Origin: Eubacterium sp.
Lineage (GTDB): Bacteria; Bacillota; Clostridia; Lachnospirales; Lachnospiraceae
DNA length: 64,000 nucleotides
Assembly (NCBI GenBank): GCA_024683035.1
Contig: JAIKYQ010000127.1
Coordinates: 3,821-67,820, forward strand
Direction: 5' to 3'
In this document: positions 46,402-56,482 of the stretch, in pieces
How the letters are laid out: each line of letters starts with the position of its first letter
Numbering within the stretch: position 1 is the stretch's first letter
Notes under the pieces: generated by a model
Databases searched by the model: none
Seen by the model: only the letters and a program-made list of their open reading frames with translations
What the model was told of the DNA's origin: nothing
Position numbers and translations under genes: made by a program

Positions 46402-48003
46402 TTACTGCATCTGCAGTGTGCTGATAGCGTCCTGTGTTCCCAGCGTGACGGTCAGCGTTATTTCTTTATACTCCCCGTTGTCCGCCCGCAGGACTGTCAT
46501 CTCTACTTCTTCTCCGGATTTGTAATACTGGATCTCGTTCAGCATCTCATCCACCGAGTTGATGTTTTTCCCGTTGAACTCCGTCAGGATGTCGCCCTTC
46601 ATCGCGCCGGCTTTTGCTGCCGGGCTGTCTTCTGCCACTTCCGCGAAACCGACTCCCTGCGGTGTGCCGTACAGCTGTGCGAACTCATTGCTGATATTGA
46701 CCAGGGAAACACCCAGATATCCCTGCTCCTCTTCGGAGTATTTTTCACGAGTGGCCTGATTCATCAGCTCTTCCAGGATCGGCTGGGCTTTGGCCATGGG
46801 GATCGCATATCCGATGCTGTCTACCGTTACGCCGGAAGAGCTGTAGGACGATTTTGCTTCGTTGATCCCGATCAGCTCGCCTTTCATATTCAGCAGCGCG
46901 CCGCCGCTGTTGCCGGAATTGATCGCGGCATCGGTCTGGATCAGGCCGGAAGAGGTAAAGCTAGAAAAGCCATCGCTCAGATCCAGTTCTCTGTTGAAGG
47001 CACTGACCACACCGGTCGTCACGGACTGACCGTATCCCAGCGCATTGCCGATCGCCACGACCTGCTCGCCCAGAACCAGGTCATCTGAATTCCCGATCAC
47101 GGCGATCTTGATCTGATCCATGGTTTCGTCCGGGATATCTTCTTTATTCACAGCTACGATCGCCAGGTCTGTGGACGAGTCGGTGCCTTTGATCTGTGCT
47201 TCCACGACCGTTTCATCAATAAACCCGATGGAAACTTCCTGTGCACCTTCCACCACATGGTTGTTCGTGGCGACCAGAAGTTCTGTATCATTTTCACCGA
47301 CGATGACGCCGGTGCCGGCTCCCTGCGCCTCAAACTGCTGGGCACCGAAGAAGCTGATCATTTCCTGTACCGACATGGTTGAGATCGTAACCAGTGAAGG
47401 CATGGCATCCGCAGCCACCTGTGCGACGCTGCCGATTCCCATCGAAGTCACATGGGATTCTGCCGAATCTCCTGTATTCACTGTGGCCAGCTGGACACGT
47501 CCCTGCACCGCTTCCGGCTCCACGCTTGCGGAGGCTTCCGCCTCTGTCTGTGCCGGGAACAGATACGAGGCTGCCCGGTTTATGCCAAAGGCTGCGGTCC
47601 CTGCGATCAGGCCAAATACCAGGGCCATGGCTACCACCGCACTCCAGCGGCTTCCCGTTCCGGATTTTTGTTTTCCCGCCGCATGCTGTGCCTGCTGCTG
47701 CGCCTGCTGACGCTGGTAATAGTTGTAATGCGTCCGCTGCTGATAATCGCCGGCCTGCTGCTGACGCTGATAGGACTGTCCGTATGTCTGGCGGCCGGTC
47801 TGCCCCGCCTGCCCGTACGGATGATCACCGGTCTGTCCGTATACCCGTTTTTCATTCTGCGGCTCTGCTGCTTCGGCGGACAGTACCTGCCGGGCACCCG
47901 CTGCCTGCTCCGGCTGCTCCTGTACCGGTCTGGCTGTCTCTGTATCCGGCTGCGCCGCTGTATCTTCTGTCACCCTGTTTTCGCTGTCGTTGTATTCACT
48001 CAT
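46402..48003 (-). CDS. htrA: HtrA/DegP-like membrane serine protease with PDZ domain
   Basis: TM helix, TNNHV, DLA, QTDAAINSGNSGGAL, C-terminal PDZ. Confidence 0.92.
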   Translation of the reverse strand: MSEYNDSENRVTEDTAAQPDTETARPVQEQPEQAAGARQVLSAEAAEPQNEKRVYGQTGDHPYGQAGQTGRQTYGQSYQRQQQAGDYQQRTHYNYYQRQQAQQQAQHAAGKQKSGTGSRWSAVVAMALVFGLIAGTAAFGINRAASYLFPAQTEAEASASVEPEAVQGRVQLATVNTGDSAESHVTSMGIGSVAQVAADAMPSLVTISTMSVQEMISFFGAQQFEAQGAGTGVIVGENDTELLVATNNHVVEGAQEVSIGFIDETVVEAQIKGTDSSTDLAIVAVNKEDIPDETMDQIKIAVIGNSDDLVLGEQVVAIGNALGYGQSVTTGVVSAFNRELDLSDGFSSFTSSGLIQTDAAINSGNSGGALLNMKGELIGINEAKSSYSSSGVTVDSIGYAIPMAKAQPILEELMNQATREKYSEEEQGYLGVSLVNISNEFAQLYGTPQGVGFAEVAEDSPAAKAGAMKGDILTEFNGKNINSVDEMLNEIQYYKSGEEVEMTVLRADNGEYKEITLTVTLGTQDAISTLQMQ

Positions 48004-48106
48004 TGTGTTACCCCCTGTCTCTATGCCTGCTGCGGAAACGAATTGTTGTTTCCGGTTTCTTCTGATCCGTCCGGACATTCCTTCTCTATAGTCCCTGACG
48101 ATTGTC

Positions 48107-48140
48107 AGTGTACAGAGGAATTGTGTTCAAATTGTGAAAA
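48107..48140 (-). promoter_or_regulatory. htrA promoter with an OmpR-family (CssR-like) direct repeat
   Basis: Minus strand TTTTCACAATTTGAACACAATT has CACAATT twice at an 11-bp period, followed by a TACACT -10. Confidence 0.5.
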
Positions 48141-48160
48141 GGATACGAAGAATCTGTGTA

Positions 48161-48190
48161 AAAAAGCCGCACCTTTGCGGCGCGGCTTTT
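48161..48190 (-). terminator. Terminator after cdaR
   Basis: AAAAGCCGC...GCGGCTTTT. Confidence 0.7.
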
Positions 48191-48193
48191 CGT

Positions 48194-49534
48194 TTAATCT
48201 TCTTCCTGTTCCCCGGTGTCTTCGCTAGATGCCTCCTGGGTTACGATTTCTTTCAGGCTGACGTCGATCGTCACCTCTTCATCCAGCGACACGCCGGAAG
48301 GCATTGTGAACATAACCGGTACGGTGACTTCTCCGGTCGTCTGGCCCTTCAGGTCGATCGACGCTGTGATGTCTTCTTCCGTTACGTTTTCAATAACGCT
48401 GCCGTACCCGCGGACTCGGATCGGCAGTTCTGCCTGCCCGTACGATACCGTCAGATTCGGGTTCAGGTTTTCTACCTGGATAGTGTCTACGTCGAGAGAC
48501 AGTTCCTTTGTCTGGTCTGACAGGATGGTGATCGTAACCGTAGCCTCTTCCGCCGTATTGCGGGCCAGACGGGTGTTCGGCGGCAGCACTTCGGCCAGTT
48601 CGATCACGGCTGTCACATTGTCTGTCGCCCCTTCCACCGAAATGGTGCCGGTATCAATATGGATCGTATTGGCATCCAGGGTCAGATTCTGCAGGGCTTC
48701 TGTGTTGCCGACGACCGTGATGGTCTCCGGCGTTGTGGCAACACCAGCCACATAATACCCGCTTGCCGGTTCTCCGGAGTAGGCGATTTCCATCTTCACA
48801 TCGCTGCGCCTTCTCCACAGTTCCACATAGACCGTGATGTTGGGCGTTCCGCCGTCGACGGCCCCTTCAAATGTCAGGTCATCGCTGATCGTATCTTCCG
48901 AAATCTCGTTCTGGTTTTTATCCAGCAGGATCAGTTTGGCTGTGCGGGTACTATCGATCGTCATACCCGTCACATCGATCTGCGCCACCGCCGAATCGAT
49001 CTGGTTGATGATCGATTCCGGACCCTTGACCACGATCTGATCCGGACTGACGGTCATCCTGCCCACTTCGTATTCCTCACTGGGCATGGATTCCCCGGTA
49101 TCCACCGCTACAGCCAAAGACTTGGATGCGATCGTCTCGATGGTGATCGGTATCGCCGTCTTTGACAGGGTGATGTTGGAGGCCGGAATCGATTTGCAGG
49201 CCGCCGTCAGGGGGACCATGACCGGATCCCTGTCCATATCTACGATCTGTGTCAGATCGGCTGTGACCGTGATATTGTCTTCTTTGATATTTTTCAGCGT
49301 AGAACGGTTGGCCTTAAGCGTCACCCCCACCGTCTTGTTTGCGTCGTCAATATGATAAATCTGCTTTCCGTTTGCAATATAGGCTTCATTTTCCACGGTG
49401 ACCTTGACGGTATAGGTGGCCGTCTCCACCGGGTCATTGATATCCACGACCATGTACCAGATCACGATCGCCACCAGGATGGAGATCAGTTTCAGGCCGA
49501 TATTGTTGCGGAAACTTCCCAGTATCTTTTTCAT
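48194..49534 (-). CDS. cdaR: CdaR / YbbR-like diadenylate cyclase regulator
   Basis: NNIGLKLISILVAIVIW TM helix, repeated YbbR-like beta domains, coupled to cdaA. Confidence 0.88.
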   Translation of the reverse strand: MKKILGSFRNNIGLKLISILVAIVIWYMVVDINDPVETATYTVKVTVENEAYIANGKQIYHIDDANKTVGVTLKANRSTLKNIKEDNITVTADLTQIVDMDRDPVMVPLTAACKSIPASNITLSKTAIPITIETIASKSLAVAVDTGESMPSEEYEVGRMTVSPDQIVVKGPESIINQIDSAVAQIDVTGMTIDSTRTAKLILLDKNQNEISEDTISDDLTFEGAVDGGTPNITVYVELWRRRSDVKMEIAYSGEPASGYYVAGVATTPETITVVGNTEALQNLTLDANTIHIDTGTISVEGATDNVTAVIELAEVLPPNTRLARNTAEEATVTITILSDQTKELSLDVDTIQVENLNPNLTVSYGQAELPIRVRGYGSVIENVTEEDITASIDLKGQTTGEVTVPVMFTMPSGVSLDEEVTIDVSLKEIVTQEASSEDTGEQEED

Positions 49535-50391
49535 ACTGTTCTGCCTCCTTTCTGCCGTCCGCTTCTCCTGCGGATGTACAGCTGCGCATCCAGAAGCATC
49601 TCCCGCAGCTCGCTCGGTGTGACCGCACTTCTGATCCGGCCGCTTTCGGCATAGGAAACATGACCGGTTTCTTCCGAGACCACGATCGTCAGGGAATCCG
49701 TCACTTCACTGATACCGACAGCCGCACGATGGCGTGTCCCCAGTTTTTTGCTCAGGTCCATATTATCGGAAAGCGGCAGATAACAGGTGGCTGCCGCGAC
49801 ACGGTCATTCCGGATCAGCACCGCCCCGTCATGCAGCGGGGTATTGTGTTCAAAGATATTGACCAGCAGCTGGCTGGATACCACGGCATCGATCGGAATG
49901 CCGGTTTTTTCATATTCTTCCAGCGGAATATCCCGCTCCAGCACGATCAGGGCACCGGTCCTCTCTTCGCTCATTTCATAGCAGGCACGTACCAGTTCAT
50001 TCAGCGTATGATCGCTGAACCGCTTGTTTTCGTCTTCGTTCCGGTTGATGGAGAAAATGGATGACATCAGATTGCTCTGCCCCACACGCTCCAACATGCG
50101 GCGCAGTTCCGGCTGAAAAATGATGATGATGGCCGTAATAGCCACGACGCCGACGTTCTGCAGGAGCCAGACAATGACTTCCATCTTGAATACATTCGCC
50201 AGAACGACAAACGCTATGACAAACACGATGCCCTTCAGCAGCGTGTAGGATCTTGTGTTTTTCATCCACAGGATCAGCCTGTAGACCAGAAATGCCAACA
50301 GCAGGACCTGAATGACGTCGATCACGCCGATCGGTTTCGGCGGAACGAGCCATTTCAGCACATCCAGCAGCCAGTTTTTAAGGCTATCCAC
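49531..50391 (-). CDS. cdaA: Diadenylate cyclase CdaA
   Basis: Three TM helices, FQPELRR, TPLHDGA, GTRHRAA, VSEETG. Confidence 0.96.
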   Translation of the reverse strand: MDSLKNWLLDVLKWLVPPKPIGVIDVIQVLLLAFLVYRLILWMKNTRSYTLLKGIVFVIAFVVLANVFKMEVIVWLLQNVGVVAITAIIIIFQPELRRMLERVGQSNLMSSIFSINRNEDENKRFSDHTLNELVRACYEMSEERTGALIVLERDIPLEEYEKTGIPIDAVVSSQLLVNIFEHNTPLHDGAVLIRNDRVAAATCYLPLSDNMDLSKKLGTRHRAAVGISEVTDSLTIVVSEETGHVSYAESGRIRSAVTPSELREMLLDAQLYIRRRSGRQKGGRTV

Positions 50392-50507
50392 GATGCTTCC
50401 TCCCCTTTATTTATTCTTCCTCCCCTTTGCGGCAGCGCAGCCCCTTCCGCTGCGCGCCGTATCTTTTCATGACTGCGATGATCCGTTCAGCCATTTCTGC
50501 TTCTTCT

Positions 50508-51941
50508 TTACACGGTATCGTCATCGGCCTGCGCCGCCGCTTCCGCAGCCGCCGCCTCAACCAGTGTCATTTCCACGACCGGCATATCAAAGACCTGCGT
50601 TTCTGCCATTGCCGCTGCCACGGCAGATTCTTCCCTGCCTGTCTCCTCTTCCGGCGAGGCTTCTTCCAACGGCATTTCCTCCGCCGGGATCTTTTCCAGA
50701 AGCTCCTCGCCCGGTTCTGTCCAGAGCGGTGCTTCTTTGGGCAGTTCCGCCTTTACCGGCGCTTCTTTCGGCAGTTCTTCCTTCACCGGTGCTTCTTCAG
50801 GCATTCTGTCCTGTGCCGGTTTCGCGGTGCTTTCTTCCGCCGCTTCCGGTGTGCCGGCAGCCTCTGCTCTTTCTTCCGCCTCTTCTCCGTGTGCAAAATT
50901 CCGCAGCTTGCGTTCCAGTACGGACTGCAGATTGATCCCCTGGAATTTCAGTTTCTGTTCCATTTCTTCTTCCTGCAGCTTACGGAAGCGTTTGGCTTCA
51001 ATATACGGCATCTCCTCTTCCGGTTCCGGCTCCAGCAGTTCGCCGGTCTTGCTGTCGACCGGATTCAGTTTCGGGATCACCTTGACCCGGTAGTAATACC
51101 GGTCGTCTTCAAAGATCAGCCGTTCGCTGGCGGCATAATCCGCATTGAAATAGAAAATCTTCAGGAAGAAAGCGATCAGCAGCGATCCGACTGCACAGAT
51201 CAGGATCTCTGTAAAATCTACTTCCAGGTCCATCCAGCGGCCGCCGATGATCTGCAGGAACAAATACACGATGGCGCCGACCACGATCCCGACTTCATGC
51301 GCATAATCGCTGCCCAGTCTCCGGAGAGCAGCCACGATCAGGAATACGACGACAAAGATGATGCACTGGAGGATCGTCTCTGCCGTCAGCAGGGCATTCG
51401 GCATGGCCTGCAGAATATCCAGAAGAGACGTGTCCGGTACGCTTTTCAGCGGTTCGATCACCGCGGGCACCGATTTGATGAACTGCCAGGAGATCAGGCC
51501 GAACACGATCGAGATTGACGAAAGACCTCCCCGGATCTGTCCCAGTCCCAGAGGGATCGCCGCCGGCACACGGCAGACAAACGCCACCGGCGTCAGCAGG
51601 ATCGCCAGCGCATCCCGCGAAGCAAAGCGGAAATACAGCAGCAGCATGAGCAGATACAGGATCGCCGCAAAACCGCCGACTTCCATCCCCAGGCCAAAAC
51701 AGTGCGCCACGATCAGAAGCGTGCCGATCAGCACCATGCCGTTCAGCGGCAGGATCGCACAGATCACAGCCAGGACGATCAGTACAAACAGGTTGTTCAG
51801 GGCACTCAGATAGCCCAGTTCCTTATTGATGATCATGAAGATCAGAACCGCCAGGCCGAATTTCAGCACCGGCCGGATCACCAGATCGTAATCCGCGTAA
51901 ATTTCTCTGCATTTATCTCTCAGTCCGAGTAAAAAATTCAT
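50508..51941 (-). CDS. Multi-pass membrane protein with acidic low-complexity tail
   Basis: Many hydrophobic segments, FEDDRYYYRVKVIPK, tail repeats EEAPVKEELPKEAPVKAELPKEAP. Confidence 0.8.
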   Translation of the reverse strand: MNFLLGLRDKCREIYADYDLVIRPVLKFGLAVLIFMIINKELGYLSALNNLFVLIVLAVICAILPLNGMVLIGTLLIVAHCFGLGMEVGGFAAILYLLMLLLYFRFASRDALAILLTPVAFVCRVPAAIPLGLGQIRGGLSSISIVFGLISWQFIKSVPAVIEPLKSVPDTSLLDILQAMPNALLTAETILQCIIFVVVFLIVAALRRLGSDYAHEVGIVVGAIVYLFLQIIGGRWMDLEVDFTEILICAVGSLLIAFFLKIFYFNADYAASERLIFEDDRYYYRVKVIPKLNPVDSKTGELLEPEPEEEMPYIEAKRFRKLQEEEMEQKLKFQGINLQSVLERKLRNFAHGEEAEERAEAAGTPEAAEESTAKPAQDRMPEEAPVKEELPKEAPVKAELPKEAPLWTEPGEELLEKIPAEEMPLEEASPEEETGREESAVAAAMAETQVFDMPVVEMTLVEAAAAEAAAQADDDTV

Positions 51942-51949
51942 GTCAGTCT

Positions 51950-52387
51950 TTATTCCTCCCCGTCTTCCTCTTCTTCATCCATGCCGCTGAGCAGCCTGTC
52001 TTCTTCCCGATAGATCCGGCTCAGCCGGTTCAGTTCCCGCCCGTACTGATGTACGCCGTTGGCGGCACGGGTGTAGCGCAGCCGCGCCATCGTATACGCG
52101 ATGACGGTATAGACACCGAGCATGATGAAATACCCCAGGATCAGCACCGCCAGAAGAGGCGTGAAATTCAGGTTGTTCAGATTGCTCAGCCAGAAATCCA
52201 TATTATACATGACGATCACCGTCAGCAGCAGCACATAGGCGATCGTGGTAAGCAGGAAATTGCGGATCAGTGCATAGGAAACGAAGTCCTGTTCGTAACT
52301 TTTGTTGATCCGCAGCGCTTTGTCTTCATTTTTTTTCTCGAATCTCGCCAGGGCGATCATCCGGTATAGTTTATCATTATCGACCAT
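51950..52387 (-). CDS. Hypothetical membrane protein (two TM helices)
   Basis: GGAGGAG RBS, in operon with the downstream membrane protein. Confidence 0.75.
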   Translation of the reverse strand: MVDNDKLYRMIALARFEKKNEDKALRINKSYEQDFVSYALIRNFLLTTIAYVLLLTVIVMYNMDFWLSNLNNLNFTPLLAVLILGYFIMLGVYTVIAYTMARLRYTRAANGVHQYGRELNRLSRIYREEDRLLSGMDEEEEDGEE

Positions 52388-52456
52388 ATCCAGTCTCCTC
52401 CGATGCTAAGTGTACCATAAAACCGCTTTTCTGCAAAGAAAAAGAGAGAAGTTGGT

Positions 52457-53113
52457 TCATTCCCCCGCCCGGTCATCTTTGCCGGCCCGGCAGATGCAGA
52501 CAGCCGGTATCCTGTCGGCTCCGTGTGTCTGCAGCAGCCTGCGTATCTCTGCGATTGTACTCCCGGTCGTATAGATGTCGTCCACCAGAAGGATCCGTTT
52601 CGGCACCGCCGCGCCCTTGCGGATCGCAAAGGCGTCTGCCACATTTCTCTGCCGCTCCTCCGGCGTCAAATCGTTCTGCGGATGTGTATTTCTCCGTCTG
52701 ACGACCAGACGGCTGTCACAGCGGATCTGCAGCTCTTCTGCCAGACAGCGGGCCAGCTCCTCTGCCTGGTTGTAGCCGCGTTCCAGCATCCGCTTCCTGT
52801 GAATCGGTACGGGAATGATCACATCCGGCTTCCACTGTACCAGTCTGTCCCGGCACACGGTCAGGATGGCAGCCGCAAAAAACGGGGCATATTCCGCCCT
52901 GCCGCCATATTTGAAACGATGCACGGCCTCCCGGTAGATTCCCTGATACAAAAAAGGGGCGACGCCGTCCGGCAGCAGGTATCCGCTGCAGGACACGCTC
53001 TGTCTGCATGCCCGGCACAGCATCCTTTCCTGCCGGGTCAGAATGCTGTCGCAAAGCGGACAATGTGCCGGAAAAAGCCACCGCCATCGTATGCTGTTCT
53101 TCTTTTTACTCAC
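52457..53113 (-). CDS. comFC: ComF-family phosphoribosyltransferase-like competence protein
   Basis: CPLC...CRAC, PVPIH...RGYNQAE, LLVDDIYTTGST. Confidence 0.9.
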   Translation of the reverse strand: MSKKKNSIRWRWLFPAHCPLCDSILTRQERMLCRACRQSVSCSGYLLPDGVAPFLYQGIYREAVHRFKYGGRAEYAPFFAAAILTVCRDRLVQWKPDVIIPVPIHRKRMLERGYNQAEELARCLAEELQIRCDSRLVVRRRNTHPQNDLTPEERQRNVADAFAIRKGAAVPKRILLVDDIYTTGSTIAEIRRLLQTHGADRIPAVCICRAGKDDRAGE

Positions 53114-55341
53114 ATGATATCCCGGATGCGTTCCGCCAGTGTCGTATACCGGCGCTCTTCCGTTTCATTCGCGGCCATGTTCCGAAAAACCTGTGCGTCC
53201 CCCGTCAGCACCACACATTGCCGCGCTCTGGTCACAGCCGTGTACAGCAGGTTTTTGGTCTGAAGCATATGCGGCACGCCCAGCAGCGGGATCACCACGG
53301 CCGGGTACTCGCTTCCCTGTGCCTTGTGTACGGTGACCGCGTATGCCAGTTCCAGCTCGTCCAGCTGCCGGAACGTATAATCCACCATCCTGCCCTCATC
53401 AAATTCCACTGTCAGCAGTTCGGCCTCCGGTACGATCTGCCGGATCCTTCCCATATCCCCGTTGAAGACACCCTGCCCCTGCTGGGCGACGATGCCGTAT
53501 TTCCCGCGGATCTCCCAGATCATCTGGTAATCGTTGCGGATCTGCATGACTTTATCTCCTTCGCGGAGGATCCCGGCACCCGTCTCTTTTTCTCTTTTAT
53601 CCGGTCCCGGCGGATTGATGTACTGCTGCAGAAATACATTCAGGTTTTCTACGCCCAGCACCCCTTTGCGGGTCGGTGACAGTACCTGGATATCGAACGG
53701 ATCCGCGCTGACATACCGGGGCAGCCTGTCCGTTACCAACATGAGGATGATCTTCTGAATGACACGGACATCCTCCCGCTGCAGAAAGAAAAAGTCCCTG
53801 CTCTGATTGTCCAGAAGAACTTCCTGCCCCGCCTGGATCTTATGCGCATTGACGATGATATCGCTTTCCTGTGCCTGCCGGAAAATCCGCGACAGCTCCA
53901 CCACGGGGAACTGTTCCGAACGGATGATGTCCCGGAGTACACTGCCCGGCCCGACGCTGGGCAGCTGATTCCGGTCTCCCACCAGGATCAGGCGGGTACC
54001 CGGCACGATCGCTTCCAGCAGGGCATGCATCAGCCAGATATCCACCATGGACATCTCATCAATGATGATCACTTCTACATCCAGCGGATTGTCCGCATTT
54101 CTGGCAAACCGGCCTTCCCGGCCGGAATCATCCACCGTTCCCGAAACCTCCAGAAGCCGGTGGATCGTGGAGGCTTCACAGCCTGTCGTTTCCGTCATGC
54201 GTTTGGCTGCCCTTCCTGTGGGCGCCGCCAGCGCGATACTCCGGCGTTCGCGTTCGAAAAGCCGGATCATGGTATTGATGGTCGTGGTTTTTCCCGTACC
54301 CGGCCCGCCGGTCAGGATCATGAGGCCGTGCTCCGCCGCTGTCAGAACAGCTTCCTTCTGCATCGGATCCAATTCCCGCCCGTCTTCTTTTTCCAGCCGG
54401 CTGATCTCTTTCCGGATCATGTCCCGGTCCTGCGGCAGGGATACATCCAGTTCGCGCAGCATTCTGGCCGTGTTGAGTTCCAGGAAAAACGCCTGTGCCG
54501 TATACACACATACTGTTTCGGTCCCGTCCTGCAGCGTCTCGCAGCGCCGGACCAGCTTTCGGGCCAGTGTCAGATCCGTCAGACAGGTTTCCATCTGTTC
54601 CCGGTCTGCTCCCAGCAGTTCCCCCGCCTGCTCCAGAAGCTCTTCTTCAGGCAGAAAAAGATGCCCCTGCGCCGAGGCCTGTGTCAGGGTATAATACAAG
54701 CCGCTCCGGATGCGGTATTCCGAATCCGGGCGGATCCCGACCCGTTCGGCGATCTCATCTGCGATGCGGAAGCCGACTCCCCGGATCGTTTCTGCCAGTT
54801 CATAGGGGTTTTCTTTCAGAACGGCATACAGGCGGTCCTGATAATACTCATAGATCCGGATGCCCAATGCCAGAGAAATGCCGTATTGTGATAAAAAGAT
54901 CAGCGCATTCTGCATCATGGAACGTTCTTCGATCTGCTGACCGATTTCCTGTGCCTTGCGCATACTGATGCCTTTGACTTCTGCCAGGCGTTCCGGTTCT
55001 TCTTCCAGAATACGCAGAGAGTCCTCCCCGAAACGCTTCAGAATGCGGGAAGCCAATGCCTGTCCGATCCCTTTAATGGCGCCGCTGGCCAGATAGCGCT
55101 CCAGCGCCGCCGCGTCTGCCGGGATCGTAATCTGTACGCGCTCCGCCCGGAACTGCTGGCCGTAGGTCGGATGCAGCCGGTATTCGCCCTCTGCCTCCAG
55201 GAACTCGCCTGCATGGACCGCAGATATCTGACAGACGACCGTAAGCTCCTCTCCCGCTGCGCTCATCGTCAAAACGGTATATCCGTTTTCTTCATTATGA
55301 TAAATGATGTGTTCTACATATCCGCTTATTTTTTCGCTCAT
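53110..55341 (-). CDS. recD2: ATP-dependent RecD2-like DNA helicase
   Basis: HhH repeats, GGPGTGKTT, APTGRAAKR, IIDEMSM, GD..QLPSVG, AYAVTVHKAQGSEY, YTAVTRA. Confidence 0.95.
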   Translation of the reverse strand: MSEKISGYVEHIIYHNEENGYTVLTMSAAGEELTVVCQISAVHAGEFLEAEGEYRLHPTYGQQFRAERVQITIPADAAALERYLASGAIKGIGQALASRILKRFGEDSLRILEEEPERLAEVKGISMRKAQEIGQQIEERSMMQNALIFLSQYGISLALGIRIYEYYQDRLYAVLKENPYELAETIRGVGFRIADEIAERVGIRPDSEYRIRSGLYYTLTQASAQGHLFLPEEELLEQAGELLGADREQMETCLTDLTLARKLVRRCETLQDGTETVCVYTAQAFFLELNTARMLRELDVSLPQDRDMIRKEISRLEKEDGRELDPMQKEAVLTAAEHGLMILTGGPGTGKTTTINTMIRLFERERRSIALAAPTGRAAKRMTETTGCEASTIHRLLEVSGTVDDSGREGRFARNADNPLDVEVIIIDEMSMVDIWLMHALLEAIVPGTRLILVGDRNQLPSVGPGSVLRDIIRSEQFPVVELSRIFRQAQESDIIVNAHKIQAGQEVLLDNQSRDFFFLQREDVRVIQKIILMLVTDRLPRYVSADPFDIQVLSPTRKGVLGVENLNVFLQQYINPPGPDKREKETGAGILREGDKVMQIRNDYQMIWEIRGKYGIVAQQGQGVFNGDMGRIRQIVPEAELLTVEFDEGRMVDYTFRQLDELELAYAVTVHKAQGSEYPAVVIPLLGVPHMLQTKNLLYTAVTRARQCVVLTGDAQVFRNMAANETEERRYTTLAERIRDIM

Positions 55342-55371
55342 GTATCCTTTTCCGGAGCCGCTGCCCTGCCG

Positions 55372-56373
55372 TTACCGCTCCTGTTCCAGCCGTACCATCT
55401 GGCGGATGTACTGTCCCGTTCCGCGGGCTACGGCTGTCTGCGGATCCTCGCAGAGGATCGTCGTGATCCCGGTAAGCCTTTCAATCGCTTTGTCCAGTCC
55501 GGCCAGCTGTGCGCCGCCGCCTGTCAGCACAATGCCTCTGGCCGCAATATCCGTGGCCAGATCCGGCGGGGTCTTCTCGATGATCGTCCGGACGGCTTCC
55601 ACGATCTGACGCACTTTGCCCGAAACGGCCTCACGTACCTGGTCCGGCGTCAACGTGACCGTACGGGGGAAGCCCGCGTCGATATCCCGGCCGCGCACTT
55701 CCATCCGGGTCAGTACATCGCCGCGCCGCCTGCTGGAACCGATGCCGATCTTGATCTTTTCCGCTGTGGTCACATCGATATACAGACCGTGTGCGTCCCT
55801 GACATACTGCACGATGGCTTCATTGAAAGCATCCCCGGCCACTTTGATGGTCTGGGAGACCACGACGCCGCCCAGAGAAAGCGACGCAATCTCCGTAATG
55901 CCGCCGCCGACGTCCACGATCATGTTGCCGTTGGCCCTGAGGATATCCAGTCCCGCTCCCATCGCTGCCACGACCGGCGCCCTGACGATCACGGCATCCC
56001 GTGCGCCTGTGCGGTATGTGATCTCTTCCACCGCATGTTTTTCGATATCCGTTACGCCGCTCGGCATACAGATGACGATCCGGGGCTTCAGGAAGTTCCG
56101 GTGCCCCATGGACTTCCGGATAAAATACTGCAGCATCTGCTCCGCTACCGTAAAGTCCGTGATCACGCCGTCCCGCATGGGGCGGATCGCCATAATGTTG
56201 CCGGTGGCGCGGCCGATCGTATGCTCGGCTTCCTCTCCGACTGCCCGGATGATATTCCGGTCTCTGTCGTATGCGACCAGACAGGGCTCCTGCAGCAGGA
56301 TCCCCTTTCCTTTCACATAAACGATGACTGTCGATGTTCCCAGATCTATACCAATATCGGTTACGGCCGGCAT
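55372..56373 (-). CDS. mreB: Rod shape-determining protein, MreB/Mbl-like
   Basis: IGIDLGT, RPMRDGVI, DVGGG, LTGGGAQL. Confidence 0.88.
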   Translation of the reverse strand: MPAVTDIGIDLGTSTVIVYVKGKGILLQEPCLVAYDRDRNIIRAVGEEAEHTIGRATGNIMAIRPMRDGVITDFTVAEQMLQYFIRKSMGHRNFLKPRIVICMPSGVTDIEKHAVEEITYRTGARDAVIVRAPVVAAMGAGLDILRANGNMIVDVGGGITEIASLSLGGVVVSQTIKVAGDAFNEAIVQYVRDAHGLYIDVTTAEKIKIGIGSSRRRGDVLTRMEVRGRDIDAGFPRTVTLTPDQVREAVSGKVRQIVEAVRTIIEKTPPDLATDIAARGIVLTGGGAQLAGLDKAIERLTGITTILCEDPQTAVARGTGQYIRQMVRLEQER

Positions 56374-56482
56374 TCCGACACCTCCTGTTTTCTTTCCTGT
56401 GCTGTTTCCGGCAGCTGTGATCGTATGATTTTCACCTGCCGGCATGCAAGCATGCCGCTGGTTCGAACTTTGGGAGCTGTGA

